Of a stretch of 64,000 bases of DNA, positions 30,340 to 39,561 are shown piece by piece. Origin of the DNA: an uncultured Gammaproteobacteria bacterium (GTDB taxonomy: Bacteria > Patescibacteriota > Patescibacteriia > Magasanikbacterales > GWA2-37-8); NCBI GenBank assembly GCA_964465205.1, contig CAYXJO010000007.1:5228-69227 (forward strand), written 5' to 3'. Numbering within the stretch: position 1 is the stretch's first letter; the number at the start of each line of letters is the position of its first letter. The notes under the pieces were generated by a model, which made no database searches, was not told the origin of the DNA, and saw nothing but the letters and a program-made list of their open reading frames with translations. Both the position numbers and the translations under genes were made by a program.

Positions 30340-31546
30340 GAAAATTCAAATTTTTAAATTAAAAGTTTTTGTTTTGCCTAAAGGCAAAACGATTATTTGG
30401 GGGCAATTTTATTTTTTATTTTTTTAAATTGGCGATTTTTGCGACTGCTCAATTGCGTGTTTTACCGCTTCGCTTGCCAGTAAAGAACTATCATATTTTC
30501 CCGCATTTTGCTCAAGCCAGCTTGCGATGTTTTTCGCAACTAAGTCGGAGAAACTGGTATCTTTTGAGTCGGCTGCTATTTTTGTTCTTCCCATTTCTCT
30601 TGGCGATTCATGAATACTGTTCGCCTGCATCCAAGAATTTAAAATCCCCAAAATTTTATCCCCATTTTCTTTTTTCTTGAAATGGATAACTATTGAATCA
30701 TTGTGGGACATAAACCCACTCAGGCTCTCGGGGATTTTAACTTGTATGATATCATCGCTTTCAAGAGCAAGCTGGCGCAATTCTTTCGCGAGTTTGGGAA
30801 TATGCTGAATGAAAGCATACTCAGCAGAGGGAATGGTTGTGTATGCCTTGATGTTTATTCCTTCTCTTTTTCCAGCTTCTGGTCTTGTATTAATTCCGAA
30901 CCACCCCGGATTACTATCCCATTTAAATTCACCGCTTGAGTCAATCGATTTTTCCAATGCTCCACGAGTATTTCTATACCATTCCATCTGCGGTTTTAGA
31001 TTTTTCATTAAATCGGCAACATCTTTTCCTGCACCATCAGTATTTTTCACAAACTCGCTCCTGCGTGTAAGCATTTCATAAATCATTCTCTTGGCGCGGT
31101 CGGAAAAATCGCCAACACCCTGATTATTTTCCAGTAAAGATTTTAATTTTTCTTCGCACAGTTTCACATTCGGCAAGTCTTTATAATTTTCTGCGTCTTT
31201 CGGCTTTTCTTGTTTTTGATCAATGTGTCCCGCAATCTCTTGTCTAATTCTTTCGATTTCGCTTTGGTCTTTTTCTGCTTGAGCTGTTTTCATTTTTTCC
31301 CACGATTCCTCTCGTTCTTTTCTATAATCTTCCATTGTTTCATCAACACGCATAGCACGCCCAGTCATGTGCATATCTTTTTTTGCTTCCTCTATTTCTT
31401 CTTGCGTTGGTGTATCACTTGCCGTCTCTTGCGTATTTGTAGGTTTTATATCTTCGAAGCCCATAGAATTAAAAAAATAAAAAATAAAATTGCCCCCAAA
31501 TAATCCGCGAAGCGGAAAAACTTTTAATTTAAAAATTTGAATTTTC
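30340..31546. repeat. Bipartite perfect inverted repeats (31 + 37 bp) enclosing the 346-aa gene
   Basis: 30340-30370 pairs with 31516-31546; 30391-30427 pairs with 31469-31505. Confidence 0.9.
30424..31464 (-). CDS. Hypothetical protein, 346 aa (first cassette)
   Basis: Long clean ORF with a charged coiled-coil N-terminus; no family recognised. Confidence 0.8.
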   Translation of the reverse strand: MGFEDIKPTNTQETASDTPTQEEIEEAKKDMHMTGRAMRVDETMEDYRKEREESWEKMKTAQAEKDQSEIERIRQEIAGHIDQKQEKPKDAENYKDLPNVKLCEEKLKSLLENNQGVGDFSDRAKRMIYEMLTRRSEFVKNTDGAGKDVADLMKNLKPQMEWYRNTRGALEKSIDSSGEFKWDSNPGWFGINTRPEAGKREGINIKAYTTIPSAEYAFIQHIPKLAKELRQLALESDDIIQVKIPESLSGFMSHNDSIVIHFKKKENGDKILGILNSWMQANSIHESPREMGRTKIAADSKDTSFSDLVAKNIASWLEQNAGKYDSSLLASEAVKHAIEQSQKSPI

Positions 31547-31597
31547 GTCTTTGTTCAACGCACTAAAGCTTGAAATTACCACAAAGATAAAAATTTA

Positions 31598-31640
31598 TTT
31601 CAGACAACTACCTTTATCACAACTCGTAGCCAAAATGGCT
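31598..31640 (-). mobile_element. attI-like primary recombination site
   Basis: On the minus strand: GAGTTGTGATAAAGGTA-GTTGTCTGA. GTTGTCTGA is the exact complement of TCAGACAAC at the far end of cassette 1, and there is no attC palindrome upstream. Confidence 0.6.
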
Positions 31641-31673
31641 AAAATATAATAAAATTTTGGTTGAAAATAGGTT

Positions 31674-31690
31674 ATACCCCCTGGGGGTAT
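31674..31690. promoter_or_regulatory. CsoR/RcnR-type operator palindrome
   Basis: ATACCCCC-T-GGGGGTAT. Confidence 0.6.
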
Positions 31691-31701
31691 GAATACATAT
31701 A

Positions 31702-31729
31702 ATAATACCATCCACACGGACAACGTCAA
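31702..31729 (-). promoter_or_regulatory. Pc-like promoter facing the cassette array
   Basis: TTGACG-16-TATTAT with extended TG. Confidence 0.55.
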
Positions 31730-31733
31730 CCAC

Positions 31734-31762
31734 TTGACAAATTCCCCAACTATATATATAAT
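31734..31762 (+). promoter_or_regulatory. str operon promoter
   Basis: Consensus TTGACA-17-TATAAT. Confidence 0.85.
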
Positions 31763-31974
31763 GTCCTCAGAATGTAATTTCCCCAAAAACACGAGTTGCA
31801 ACAGTGTTCCGGGGATTAAAAAGTTGGCTGATCATAGGTCAGTCTTTTATTTTCTCGCAAAGTGAGAGAAAAAGAAATTTATTTCTTTTTCCGAGCGAAG
31901 CGCAGAAAACATGCCCGAAGGGCTTATTTAAAGAAATTTTTAATAAAGTAACGAATATCGTTACGAAATAACTT

Positions 31975-32403
31975 ATGCCTACTCTAAGCCAAATCATGCG
32001 CAAGGGTCGCCATCCAAAAGTGACGAAGAGCAAATCTCCGGCACTCATGGCTGGTATCGACAACTTGCATCGTCGCAAGACCACGTTTGATCGCGGTTGC
32101 GCTTTCAAACGCGGCGTGTGTACCAAAGTGTACACTACCACTCCGAAGAAACCGAACTCGGCTCTTCGTAAAGTCGCCAAGGTTCGTCTTTCCAATGGTA
32201 TGGAAGTAATCGCCTACATCCCAGGTGAAGGTCACAATTTGCAAGAGCACTCCATCGTGCTTATTCGTGGTGGCCGTGTAAAAGATCTTCCGGGTGTACG
32301 CTATCACATTGTTCGTGGTGTATATGATGCGCAAGGTGTCGAAGCGCGTCGCCGCGGTCGTAGTGTGTACGGCGCCAAACGTCCGAAAGCTGCTAAGAAA
32401 TAA
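31975..32403 (+). CDS. rpsL: 30S ribosomal protein S12
   Basis: [22 protein letters not shown]. Confidence 0.99.
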   Translation: MPTLSQIMRKGRHPKVTKSKSPALMAGIDNLHRRKTTFDRGCAFKRGVCTKVYTTTPKKPNSALRKVAKVRLSNGMEVIAYIPGEGHNLQEHSIVLIRGGRVKDLPGVRYHIVRGVYDAQGVEARRRGRSVYGAKRPKAAKK

Positions 32404-32414
32404 TCTGTAATTTT

Positions 32415-32891
32415 ATGCGTGGAAAACAAGCAAAAAGACGCGACATTAAACCCGATGCCAAATACGGCAGCGTAGTTCTTGCTCGCTTTATCAACTGTGT
32501 AATGTTAAATGGTAAAAAGACGGTTGCCCAAGATATTGTTTATACTGCTTTGGACAAAATGTCCGAGACTCTCAAAAAAGAGCCGGTCAAAGCATTCGAA
32601 GAAGTGATTCGTACCGTCGCCCCTCAGGTGGAAGTTCGCTCCCGCCGTGTGGGTGGTGCCAACTACCAAGTACCGATGCCGGTGCGCGGTGATCGCCAAT
32701 ATGCGCTCGCTTTTCGTTGGATTATTGGTGCCGCGCGCGCTCGCAAAGGTCAACCGATGGCCAATAAATTGGCCCAGGTTTTGATTGATACCCTCAATGG
32801 CGTGGGTGATGCTATTCGCAAACGCGACGATGTTCATCGTATGGCCGAAGCCAACAAGGCTTTTGCTCACTTTGCTCGCTTCGCTAAATAA
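32415..32891 (+). CDS. rpsG: 30S ribosomal protein S7
   Basis: [21 protein letters not shown]. Confidence 0.99.
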   Translation: MRGKQAKRRDIKPDAKYGSVVLARFINCVMLNGKKTVAQDIVYTALDKMSETLKKEPVKAFEEVIRTVAPQVEVRSRRVGGANYQVPMPVRGDRQYALAFRWIIGAARARKGQPMANKLAQVLIDTLNGVGDAIRKRDDVHRMAEANKAFAHFARFAK

Positions 32892-32905
32892 TTATCATTA
32901 TATAT

Positions 32906-34984
32906 ATGCCCCGTGAATATTCATTAGACAAAACTCGCAACTTTGGTATTGCCGCTCACATTGATGCCGGCAAGACCACTACTACGGAGCGCGTGCTTTT
33001 TTACACCGGTAAAAAATACAAAATCGGCGAGGTGCACGAAGGTGCGGCCGAAATGGATTGGATGGAACAAGAAAAAGAGCGCGGTATTACTATTACTTCC
33101 GCCGCGACTACTTGTTTTTGGAAAGATCATCGCATGAATATCATCGACACTCCTGGCCACGTAGATTTTACCGTCGAGGTGGAGCGCTCGCTCCGTGTAC
33201 TCGATGGTTCGGTCACTGTATTCGATGGTTCTCAAGGTGTGGAGCCGCAGTCCGAAACTGTCTGGCACCAAGCCGACAAATATAATGTCCCGCGTGTTTG
33301 TTTCATCAACAAGATGGACAAAATGGGTGCGGATTTCTACATGAGTCTTGCTTCCATTCACGAACGTCTCTCCAAAAATGCTTTTGCTATTCAACTTCCG
33401 ATTGGCGCCGAGTCCACTTTTTCTGGCCTCGTTGATTTGATCGAAGAAAAAGCTTACAAATTCGAAGGTAAAAACGGTGAGAACATTATTGAGATTCCGA
33501 TTCCGGAAGATATGAAGGATCAAGTAAAAGATTATCGCGCCAAAATGATTGAAAAAGTTGCCGAAGCCAACGACGCGACCATGACCAAATATCTCAATGG
33601 TGAAAATTTTACTGTTGATGAAATTCGCAAAGCTATTCGCGAACTTACTATTTCCGGCCGCGCTTACGCGGTTATCTGTGGTTCCGCTTTGGGTAATATT
33701 GGTGTGCAGTTCATGTTGGATTCGGTGGTGTGGTATTTGCCGGCTCCGACCGATTTGCCAGAAACCAAAGGCACTGACCCGAATAATGAAGATGCCCCGA
33801 TTACCCGCAAAGCCAGCGATGAAGAACCGTTTTCCGCTTTGGCTTTCAAGGTGACCACCGATCCGTTTGTGGGTAAATTGGTTTTCTTCCGCGTGTATTC
33901 CGGCAAGGTCTCCGCTGGTAGTTATGTGTACAATTCTTCTACTGGTGAAAAAGAACGTTTGGGCCGCGTAGTGCGCATGCATGCCAATCATCGCGAAGAT
34001 GTAACCGATGTGTACGCCGGTGAAATCGCCGCCGCCATTGGTTTCAAAAATGTGCATACCGGTGATACTTTATGTGATGAGAATAAACCGATCGTTTTGG
34101 AAAAAATTGTGTTCCCGGAACCGGTTATCTCGATCGCCATCGAACCCAAGACCAAGGCTGACCAAGAAAAAATCGGTTTGGCTATGCAGAAATTGGCCGA
34201 AGAGGATCCAACCTTCCGCGTACATACTGACGAAGAGACTTTGCAGACTATTATTTCCGGTATGGGCGAATTACACCTCGACATTATCGTGGATCGCATG
34301 AAACGCGAATTCAAAGTGGAGGCCAATGTGGGCAATCCGCAAGTCGCGTACAAAGAAGCGATCAAAGCTAGTGCCGAAGCCGAAGGCAAATATATCAAAC
34401 AGTCCGGCGGTCGTGGTCAGTACGGCCATTGTTATTTGCGCGTTGAACCGAATGAACATGGTAAGGGCCTGGAATTCATTGATGAGATCAAAGGCGGTGT
34501 GGTCCCGCGCGAGTATGTACCAGCTATCGAAAAAGGTGTGAAAGAAGCCGTGTCTCGTGGTATCCTCGCCGGCTACGAAGTGGTGGATATCAAAGTCACT
34601 TGTTTCGATGGTTCCTACCACGAAGTGGACTCTTCCGAAATTGCCTTTAAGATGGCGGCTATCATGGCTTTCCAAGCTGCCTGTAAGAAGGCTAGCCCGG
34701 TAATCCTCGAGCCGATTATGAAAGTTGAAGTTCTGACTCCAGAGCAGTACATGGGCGAAGTTATTGGTGACCTGAATTCCAAACGTGGTCAGATTCAAGA
34801 AATGACTGATCGCGGTAGTATGAAAGTGGTACGCGCGATGGTACCTTTGGCCAGCATGTTTGGTTATGTCACTTCCTTGCGTTCCATGAGTCAGGGTCGT
34901 GCTAGTTCCAGTATGGAATTTGATCACTATTCTGATGTGCCGAATAATGTAGCGACGCAGATTATTGAAGGAAAGAAGAAGTAA
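32906..34984 (+). CDS. fusA: Elongation factor G
   Basis: [29 protein letters not shown]. Confidence 0.99.
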   Translation: MPREYSLDKTRNFGIAAHIDAGKTTTTERVLFYTGKKYKIGEVHEGAAEMDWMEQEKERGITITSAATTCFWKDHRMNIIDTPGHVDFTVEVERSLRVLDGSVTVFDGSQGVEPQSETVWHQADKYNVPRVCFINKMDKMGADFYMSLASIHERLSKNAFAIQLPIGAESTFSGLVDLIEEKAYKFEGKNGENIIEIPIPEDMKDQVKDYRAKMIEKVAEANDATMTKYLNGENFTVDEIRKAIRELTISGRAYAVICGSALGNIGVQFMLDSVVWYLPAPTDLPETKGTDPNNEDAPITRKASDEEPFSALAFKVTTDPFVGKLVFFRVYSGKVSAGSYVYNSSTGEKERLGRVVRMHANHREDVTDVYAGEIAAAIGFKNVHTGDTLCDENKPIVLEKIVFPEPVISIAIEPKTKADQEKIGLAMQKLAEEDPTFRVHTDEETLQTIISGMGELHLDIIVDRMKREFKVEANVGNPQVAYKEAIKASAEAEGKYIKQSGGRGQYGHCYLRVEPNEHGKGLEFIDEIKGGVVPREYVPAIEKGVKEAVSRGILAGYEVVDIKVTCFDGSYHEVDSSEIAFKMAAIMAFQAACKKASPVILEPIMKVEVLTPEQYMGEVIGDLNSKRGQIQEMTDRGSMKVVRAMVPLASMFGYVTSLRSMSQGRASSSMEFDHYSDVPNNVATQIIEGKKK

Positions 34985-34991
34985 ATTTTTA

Positions 34992-35097
34992 AAAAGCCGG
35001 CACAACTGATATTTTTTCGCTTTTTTCGCGCGCGAGCGCGAAAGGATGATCCGGTGGGATCATAACCCGCGAAAAAGCATCAGTTGTGCCGGCTTTT
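34992..35097. repeat. Structured palindromic element, copy D
   Basis: Perfect 19-bp outer inverted repeat; core with compensatory changes (CGCGC-GCGA-GCGCG; ATGATCC/GGATCAT). Confidence 0.85.
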
Positions 35098-35339
35098 GTT
35101 TTTGCTGTGGAGTGGGGGTATAAAAATGTATTCATTCTCTTTTTTTGTTGGGCGAAGAGTGTGCGAATGTAAATCCGATCGGAAGTAATCATACCGTATC
35201 TTTTTGTTGACAAAATCTGTAATAAGTAGTTTATTATATACTCAAGCGCTCTTTACAAAGCAATATCCGTGAGCGCGAGAAACTGACAGGTGTCGGTTTT
35301 TTGTTTCATGGGTATTTAAAATCAAACAGGAGGTGGGCC

Positions 35340-36731
35340 GTGACTAAATTGAAAGAAGAATGTGCGGTATACGGTGTATGCGGTTATCATAATGCGGTCA
35401 ATCCTGTGGTTGAAGGACTGTATTCTCTGCAACATCGCGGGCAAGAAGGGAGCGGAATCGCAGTGGTGGCTCCAGATAGCCAATTGATCGTGGTGAAAAA
35501 GCCCGGGTTGGTGAGCGACTCTTACGGAGAATTAGAACGCCGGAAGTTGGCTGGTAAGGTGGCCATTGGCCACACCCGCTATTCGACTGCCGGCGGCTTG
35601 TCGCTTCTCAACCCCCACCCCTTTGTGGTGAACAACCCGCCCTTGGCCGGTTGTTGGAATGGCAACATTCCGCGCCCCACCTATGATTACTGGCGAGATT
35701 ACCTCAAAGATAAGTGGTGCGATTTCGACACCGAGAACGACGGCGAGTTGTTGGTGCGCCTGTTGGCACACCGACTGTACTCTGGCGACGACATGGTCGC
35801 CGCCGTGCGTTGGCTGTTCCAAAACGTGACTGGTGCTTACTCCGGTCTACTGCTCCATGACGGCAAAATGTACGCCGTACGCGACCCGCTCGGTTACCGG
35901 CCGTTGGTCTTTGGTGACCGCGGCAAATCTTGGGTGGTCTCTTCAGAGACGGTCGGGCTCGACATTATCAAAGCCCGGCATCACCAAGAAGTGCAACCCG
36001 GCGAACTCGTGGAATTCGCGGTTGGGCAAAAGCCGATACACTACCAATTGGCCCAGAGCGACCTGCGTCGATTCTGCATCTTCGAATTGATCTATTTCGC
36101 TCGGCCCGATTCGGTCGTGTTCAACATTCCGGTGGGGCATGGCTTTCGTCGTGCACTCGGTAAACGCATGTACCATCAGTACGGATGCGATCTGGATATC
36201 GACGTGGTCATCCCGGTGCCAGACTCGGCCAACGATTTTGCACTCGGCTATCACGAGGCCTCGGGAGTACCGCTCGGCTTTGGTCTGCGTCGCAACCATT
36301 ATGTCGGACGTACCTTCATCGAGCCCAAGAAAAAACGCGCGCCCAAAGTGCGCCGCAAGCTCAACCCAGATCGCGCCGTGATCGCTGGTAAACGCGTGCT
36401 GATTATTGACGATTCGATCGTTCGTAGTACCACGATGCTCAAAATCGTGCGCATGCTACGTCGCAACGGTGCCAAAGAGGTGCATGTGCTTATCGGTTCG
36501 CCGCTAATCACTCATTCGTGTTATTTTGGTGTCGATACACCAGATCGCGATGAATTGGTGGCGGCTCAAAATGATGTCGATGGCATCCGTCGTCTGATCG
36601 AGGCGGATACGTTGCAATATGTCACCATTCAAGATTTACGCAGTACCGTGCTTGATTTGGGTGCAAAGCCTGATCATTTCTGCGGTGCGTGCTTTAGCGG
36701 CGACTACCATCCGACGCCGGTTCCAGGCTAA
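35340..36731 (+). CDS. purF: Amidophosphoribosyltransferase
   Basis: Propeptide KEE-C, LQHRGQE, GHTRYST, CIFELIYFARPDS, DDSIVRSTT, CGACFSGDY; AGGAGG SD then GTG start. Confidence 0.95.
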   Translation: MTKLKEECAVYGVCGYHNAVNPVVEGLYSLQHRGQEGSGIAVVAPDSQLIVVKKPGLVSDSYGELERRKLAGKVAIGHTRYSTAGGLSLLNPHPFVVNNPPLAGCWNGNIPRPTYDYWRDYLKDKWCDFDTENDGELLVRLLAHRLYSGDDMVAAVRWLFQNVTGAYSGLLLHDGKMYAVRDPLGYRPLVFGDRGKSWVVSSETVGLDIIKARHHQEVQPGELVEFAVGQKPIHYQLAQSDLRRFCIFELIYFARPDSVVFNIPVGHGFRRALGKRMYHQYGCDLDIDVVIPVPDSANDFALGYHEASGVPLGFGLRRNHYVGRTFIEPKKKRAPKVRRKLNPDRAVIAGKRVLIIDDSIVRSTTMLKIVRMLRRNGAKEVHVLIGSPLITHSCYFGVDTPDRDELVAAQNDVDGIRRLIEADTLQYVTIQDLRSTVLDLGAKPDHFCGACFSGDYHPTPVPG

Positions 36732-36761
36732 ACCACCCGTTAGATAAGGAGTAAAACTCTC

Positions 36762-36792
36762 CCGGCAGGCGTTCGCGCTTGCCGGATTTTTT
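36762..36792 (+). terminator. purF terminator
   Basis: CCGGCAGGCG-TTCG-CGCTTGCCGG plus T-tract. Confidence 0.8.
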
Positions 36793-36902
36793 AAAATTTG
36801 ACGCCATTTTTTTCGTTTGATATAATCCCAGACGATAAGTCGGGCTTAGATTGTTCCAGTTTTATAAACTAAACCCGCGTCCTATTTTTCAACTATTTTT
36901 TT

Positions 36903-37400
36903 ATGAAAGAAAAACAGCTTAATAGAATCATGCGTTTGGTGCGCAATACCGGTGATCGATTAGTGATTTTGGATCGCGAGTCAGACGAAACCATGGTAAT
37001 GATGAATCTGGATGAATATGAAAATTTGTTAGAAGGCGGATGTGATTGTGGCTGTGATGATGGCAATGACGATTGGGGGCGAGAAGATGATGAGGTTGAA
37101 ATTAACAATGATTGGGTAGAGCATGAAGAAAAGATTAATCATCCAGATGCTTCGTTAGATGACTCTATTTCTGCACCAGATGCAGAAATAGATCTGCCAA
37201 CAGATTATGCAGAGCCGGACGTTCCACCGGCGGAAGAACCAACCATATCGCCGTTGCCAGACACAATTATAAAATCCGAAGTAAGACCGTTGCGTTCTGG
37301 TAGTATGGACAGTATTGGGGCTATTTTAAACGAAGAACCTTTGAGCGATGTGCCCCATGAAGAAGCCGAAGAGCCATTTCTCCTCGAACCGGTGGAATAA
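36903..37400 (+). CDS. Hypothetical protein with an acidic low-complexity tail
   Basis: 165 aa; conserved-looking N-terminus (TGDRLVI...VMMNLDEYENL) and C-terminal FLLEPVE. Confidence 0.75.
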   Translation: MKEKQLNRIMRLVRNTGDRLVILDRESDETMVMMNLDEYENLLEGGCDCGCDDGNDDWGREDDEVEINNDWVEHEEKINHPDASLDDSISAPDAEIDLPTDYAEPDVPPAEEPTISPLPDTIIKSEVRPLRSGSMDSIGAILNEEPLSDVPHEEAEEPFLLEPVE

Positions 37401-37426
37401 TCCACAATCTATCCCCAAAGCCGCCC

Positions 37427-37454
37427 TTGACAAATCGGGCGGTTTTGTTATAAT
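37427..37454 (+). promoter_or_regulatory. tuf promoter, with the -35 in the loop of a terminator hairpin
   Basis: TTGACA-16-TATAAT inside AAAGCCGCCC...GGGCGGTTTT. Confidence 0.65.
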
Positions 37455-37582
37455 AATCACGCTGTCAAAAGCAAAATTTTTGTTTAATACAAAGATCGGT
37501 CATTTTTGGTCGATCAAAATTACGCGGCTGGACAACAAATCTTGCCCGACCACTCGGGGAAGTGCCGTGAACATTTAACACT

Positions 37583-38773
37583 ATGGCTGAGTTTCAACGA
37601 ACAAAGCCCCATGTTAATGTAGGTACCATTGGTCACGTCGATCATGGTAAAACAACATTGACTGCTGCAATTTTGCAGACTTTGAACGCCCGTGGTGGCG
37701 TCGCCCAGAAAAAGGGTGTAGATGATTTGGATAAAGCTCCTGAGTCCAAGGCGCGTGGTATTACTATTTCCACCGCTCACGTGGAGTACGAGACTGACGG
37801 TCGCCATTATGCGCACGTCGATTGTCCCGGTCATGCCGATTATGTAAAAAACATGATCACTGGTGCTGCTCAGATGGATGGCGCTATCTTGGTTGTTTCT
37901 GCCGCTGATGGCCCAATGCCGCAGACTCGCGAACACATCGTGCTCGCTCGTCAGGTGGGCGTGCCTTATATCGTGGTATTTTTGAACAAAGTTGATCAAG
38001 TTTCCGATCCGGAGCTTGTAGACTTGGTAGAATCCGAAGTACGCGATTTGCTCAAAAAATATAAATTCCCTGGTGATACTACCCCGATTATCCGTGGTAG
38101 CGCTTTGCAAGCTTTGCAAAACCCGACCGATGAAGCGGCCACCAAACCGATCATGGAACTCCTCAAAACTTTGGATGAATATATTCCTCAGCCAGAGCGT
38201 GCAGTGGACAAGCCGTTCCTCATGCCGGTGGAAGATGTGTTCTCTATTGAGGGCCGTGGTACCGTAGTAACTGGTCGTATTGAACGTGGTATGATCAAAC
38301 TCAACGACGAAGTTGAAATCGTCGGTTTGAAAGAAGATGTTCAAAAGACCGTAGTAACCGGTATTGAAATGTTCAACAAATCTCTCAAAGAAGGTCAAGC
38401 TGGTGATAACGCCGGTCTCTTGCTTCGTGGTACCAAAAAGGAAGATGTGGAACGTGGTATGGTTTTGGCCAAACCGGGTTCTATTACTCCTCACACCGAA
38501 TACGAAGCTAATGTGTATATCTTGACCAAAGAAGAGGGTGGTCGTCATAAACCGTTTTTCGCTGGTTATAAACCGCAGTTTTATATTCGTACCACCGATG
38601 TTACTGGTGAAGTGACTTTGCCGGCCGGCACCGAAATGGTTATGCCTGGCGACACTGTCAATATCACTATCAAACTCATCGCTCCGGTTGCCTTGGAAGA
38701 CAAGATGAACTTCGCTATTCGCGAAGGTGGCCGCACCGTTGGTGCTGGTGTAGTAACTAAAATTATTAAATAA
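37583..38773 (+). CDS. tuf: Elongation factor Tu
   Basis: [31 protein letters not shown]. Confidence 0.99.
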   Translation: MAEFQRTKPHVNVGTIGHVDHGKTTLTAAILQTLNARGGVAQKKGVDDLDKAPESKARGITISTAHVEYETDGRHYAHVDCPGHADYVKNMITGAAQMDGAILVVSAADGPMPQTREHIVLARQVGVPYIVVFLNKVDQVSDPELVDLVESEVRDLLKKYKFPGDTTPIIRGSALQALQNPTDEAATKPIMELLKTLDEYIPQPERAVDKPFLMPVEDVFSIEGRGTVVTGRIERGMIKLNDEVEIVGLKEDVQKTVVTGIEMFNKSLKEGQAGDNAGLLLRGTKKEDVERGMVLAKPGSITPHTEYEANVYILTKEEGGRHKPFFAGYKPQFYIRTTDVTGEVTLPAGTEMVMPGDTVNITIKLIAPVALEDKMNFAIREGGRTVGAGVVTKIIK

Positions 38774-38780
38774 ACGGATA

Positions 38781-38813
38781 AGTAGAGACGCCCCGAGTAG
38801 GGGCGTCTCTACT
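38781..38813. repeat. GTAG-type REP palindrome
   Basis: AGTAGAGACGCCCC-GAGTA-GGGGCGTCTCTACT. Confidence 0.7.
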
Positions 38814-38839
38814 GCTTCCGGGTTCCTTTGTGTTCCTTT

Positions 38840-39181
38840 ATGACTAATGCAAATCAACAACCAAAAAAAGAAGAAGGAGTAAATCGTATTCGCATCAAAA
38901 TTCGCGCTTACGATAATCGTATCATTGATCAGGCCGCCAAGACTATTATTGAAACTGCCGAGCGCAATGATGCCAAAGTAATTGGTCCAGTACCGCTTCC
39001 GACCGAGAAAACCAAATTCACCGTGAATCGTTCTACGTTTATTCACAAGAATGCTCGCGAACAATTCGAAATGCGCGTGCATAAACGTTTGATTGATATT
39101 ATGGGTGCGACTCCGAAATGTGTCGACGCTCTTATGAGTTTGAATTTGCCGGCTGGTGTGGATATTGAGATCAAAATGTAA
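38840..39181 (+). CDS. rpsJ: 30S ribosomal protein S10
   Basis: [32 protein letters not shown]. Confidence 0.98.
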   Translation: MTNANQQPKKEEGVNRIRIKIRAYDNRIIDQAAKTIIETAERNDAKVIGPVPLPTEKTKFTVNRSTFIHKNAREQFEMRVHKRLIDIMGATPKCVDALMSLNLPAGVDIEIKM

Positions 39182-39245
39182 GTAGGTAATTTTTAGCTGA
39201 TTTTAGCTAAAAAAAGGTTGTCTAGGTATATGGCCTGGGCACTCC

Positions 39246-39561
39246 TTGACAAAGTTTAAGTTTTGTGCTAATATTAGCACAAGTTTTGCCATTGATTTTC
39301 GGGTAAATAAGATCTAGTTAGAAAACATTTACGAGAAAGCAAAATGGCATTGGGAGAAAAATATTGAAAATACATAAAAACAAAGCCTATTAAATCCGAT
39401 TTTTCGGATTGTGTCTGCGCATCCATTGGATGTGTGGAAGAGGCTAGAAGCGAGAATGACGAGAAACCTCGGTATTTTCACTTCTAGTTTTTTGTTAAAT
39501 AATTTTTAATTCGTTATCTCCGTTTACTTTTGGGATGGGAACGGAGCAATGACAAATTTAT
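39246..39561 (+). promoter_or_regulatory. rplC promoter and long structured leader
   Basis: TTGACA-17-TAATAT at 39246-39274, followed by several hairpins. Confidence 0.6.

Noticed and set aside
30340-31546. Autonomous IS element defined by the inverted repeats
   Set aside because: The enclosed ORF shows no recognisable transposase motif, and no target-site duplication is visible.
35240-35339. Purine, ZTP or PRPP riboswitch before purF
   Set aside because: A hairpin is present, but I could not find the conserved aptamer motifs.
37399-37420. DnaA-box-like AATCCACAA and TATCCCCAA
   Set aside because: Only two imperfect matches, with no oriC context.
32924-39082. Long antisense ORFs opposite fusA and tuf, and similar shadow ORFs elsewhere (e.g. 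23-601, 15712-16452)
   Set aside because: These are codon-bias artefacts opposite well-supported genes.
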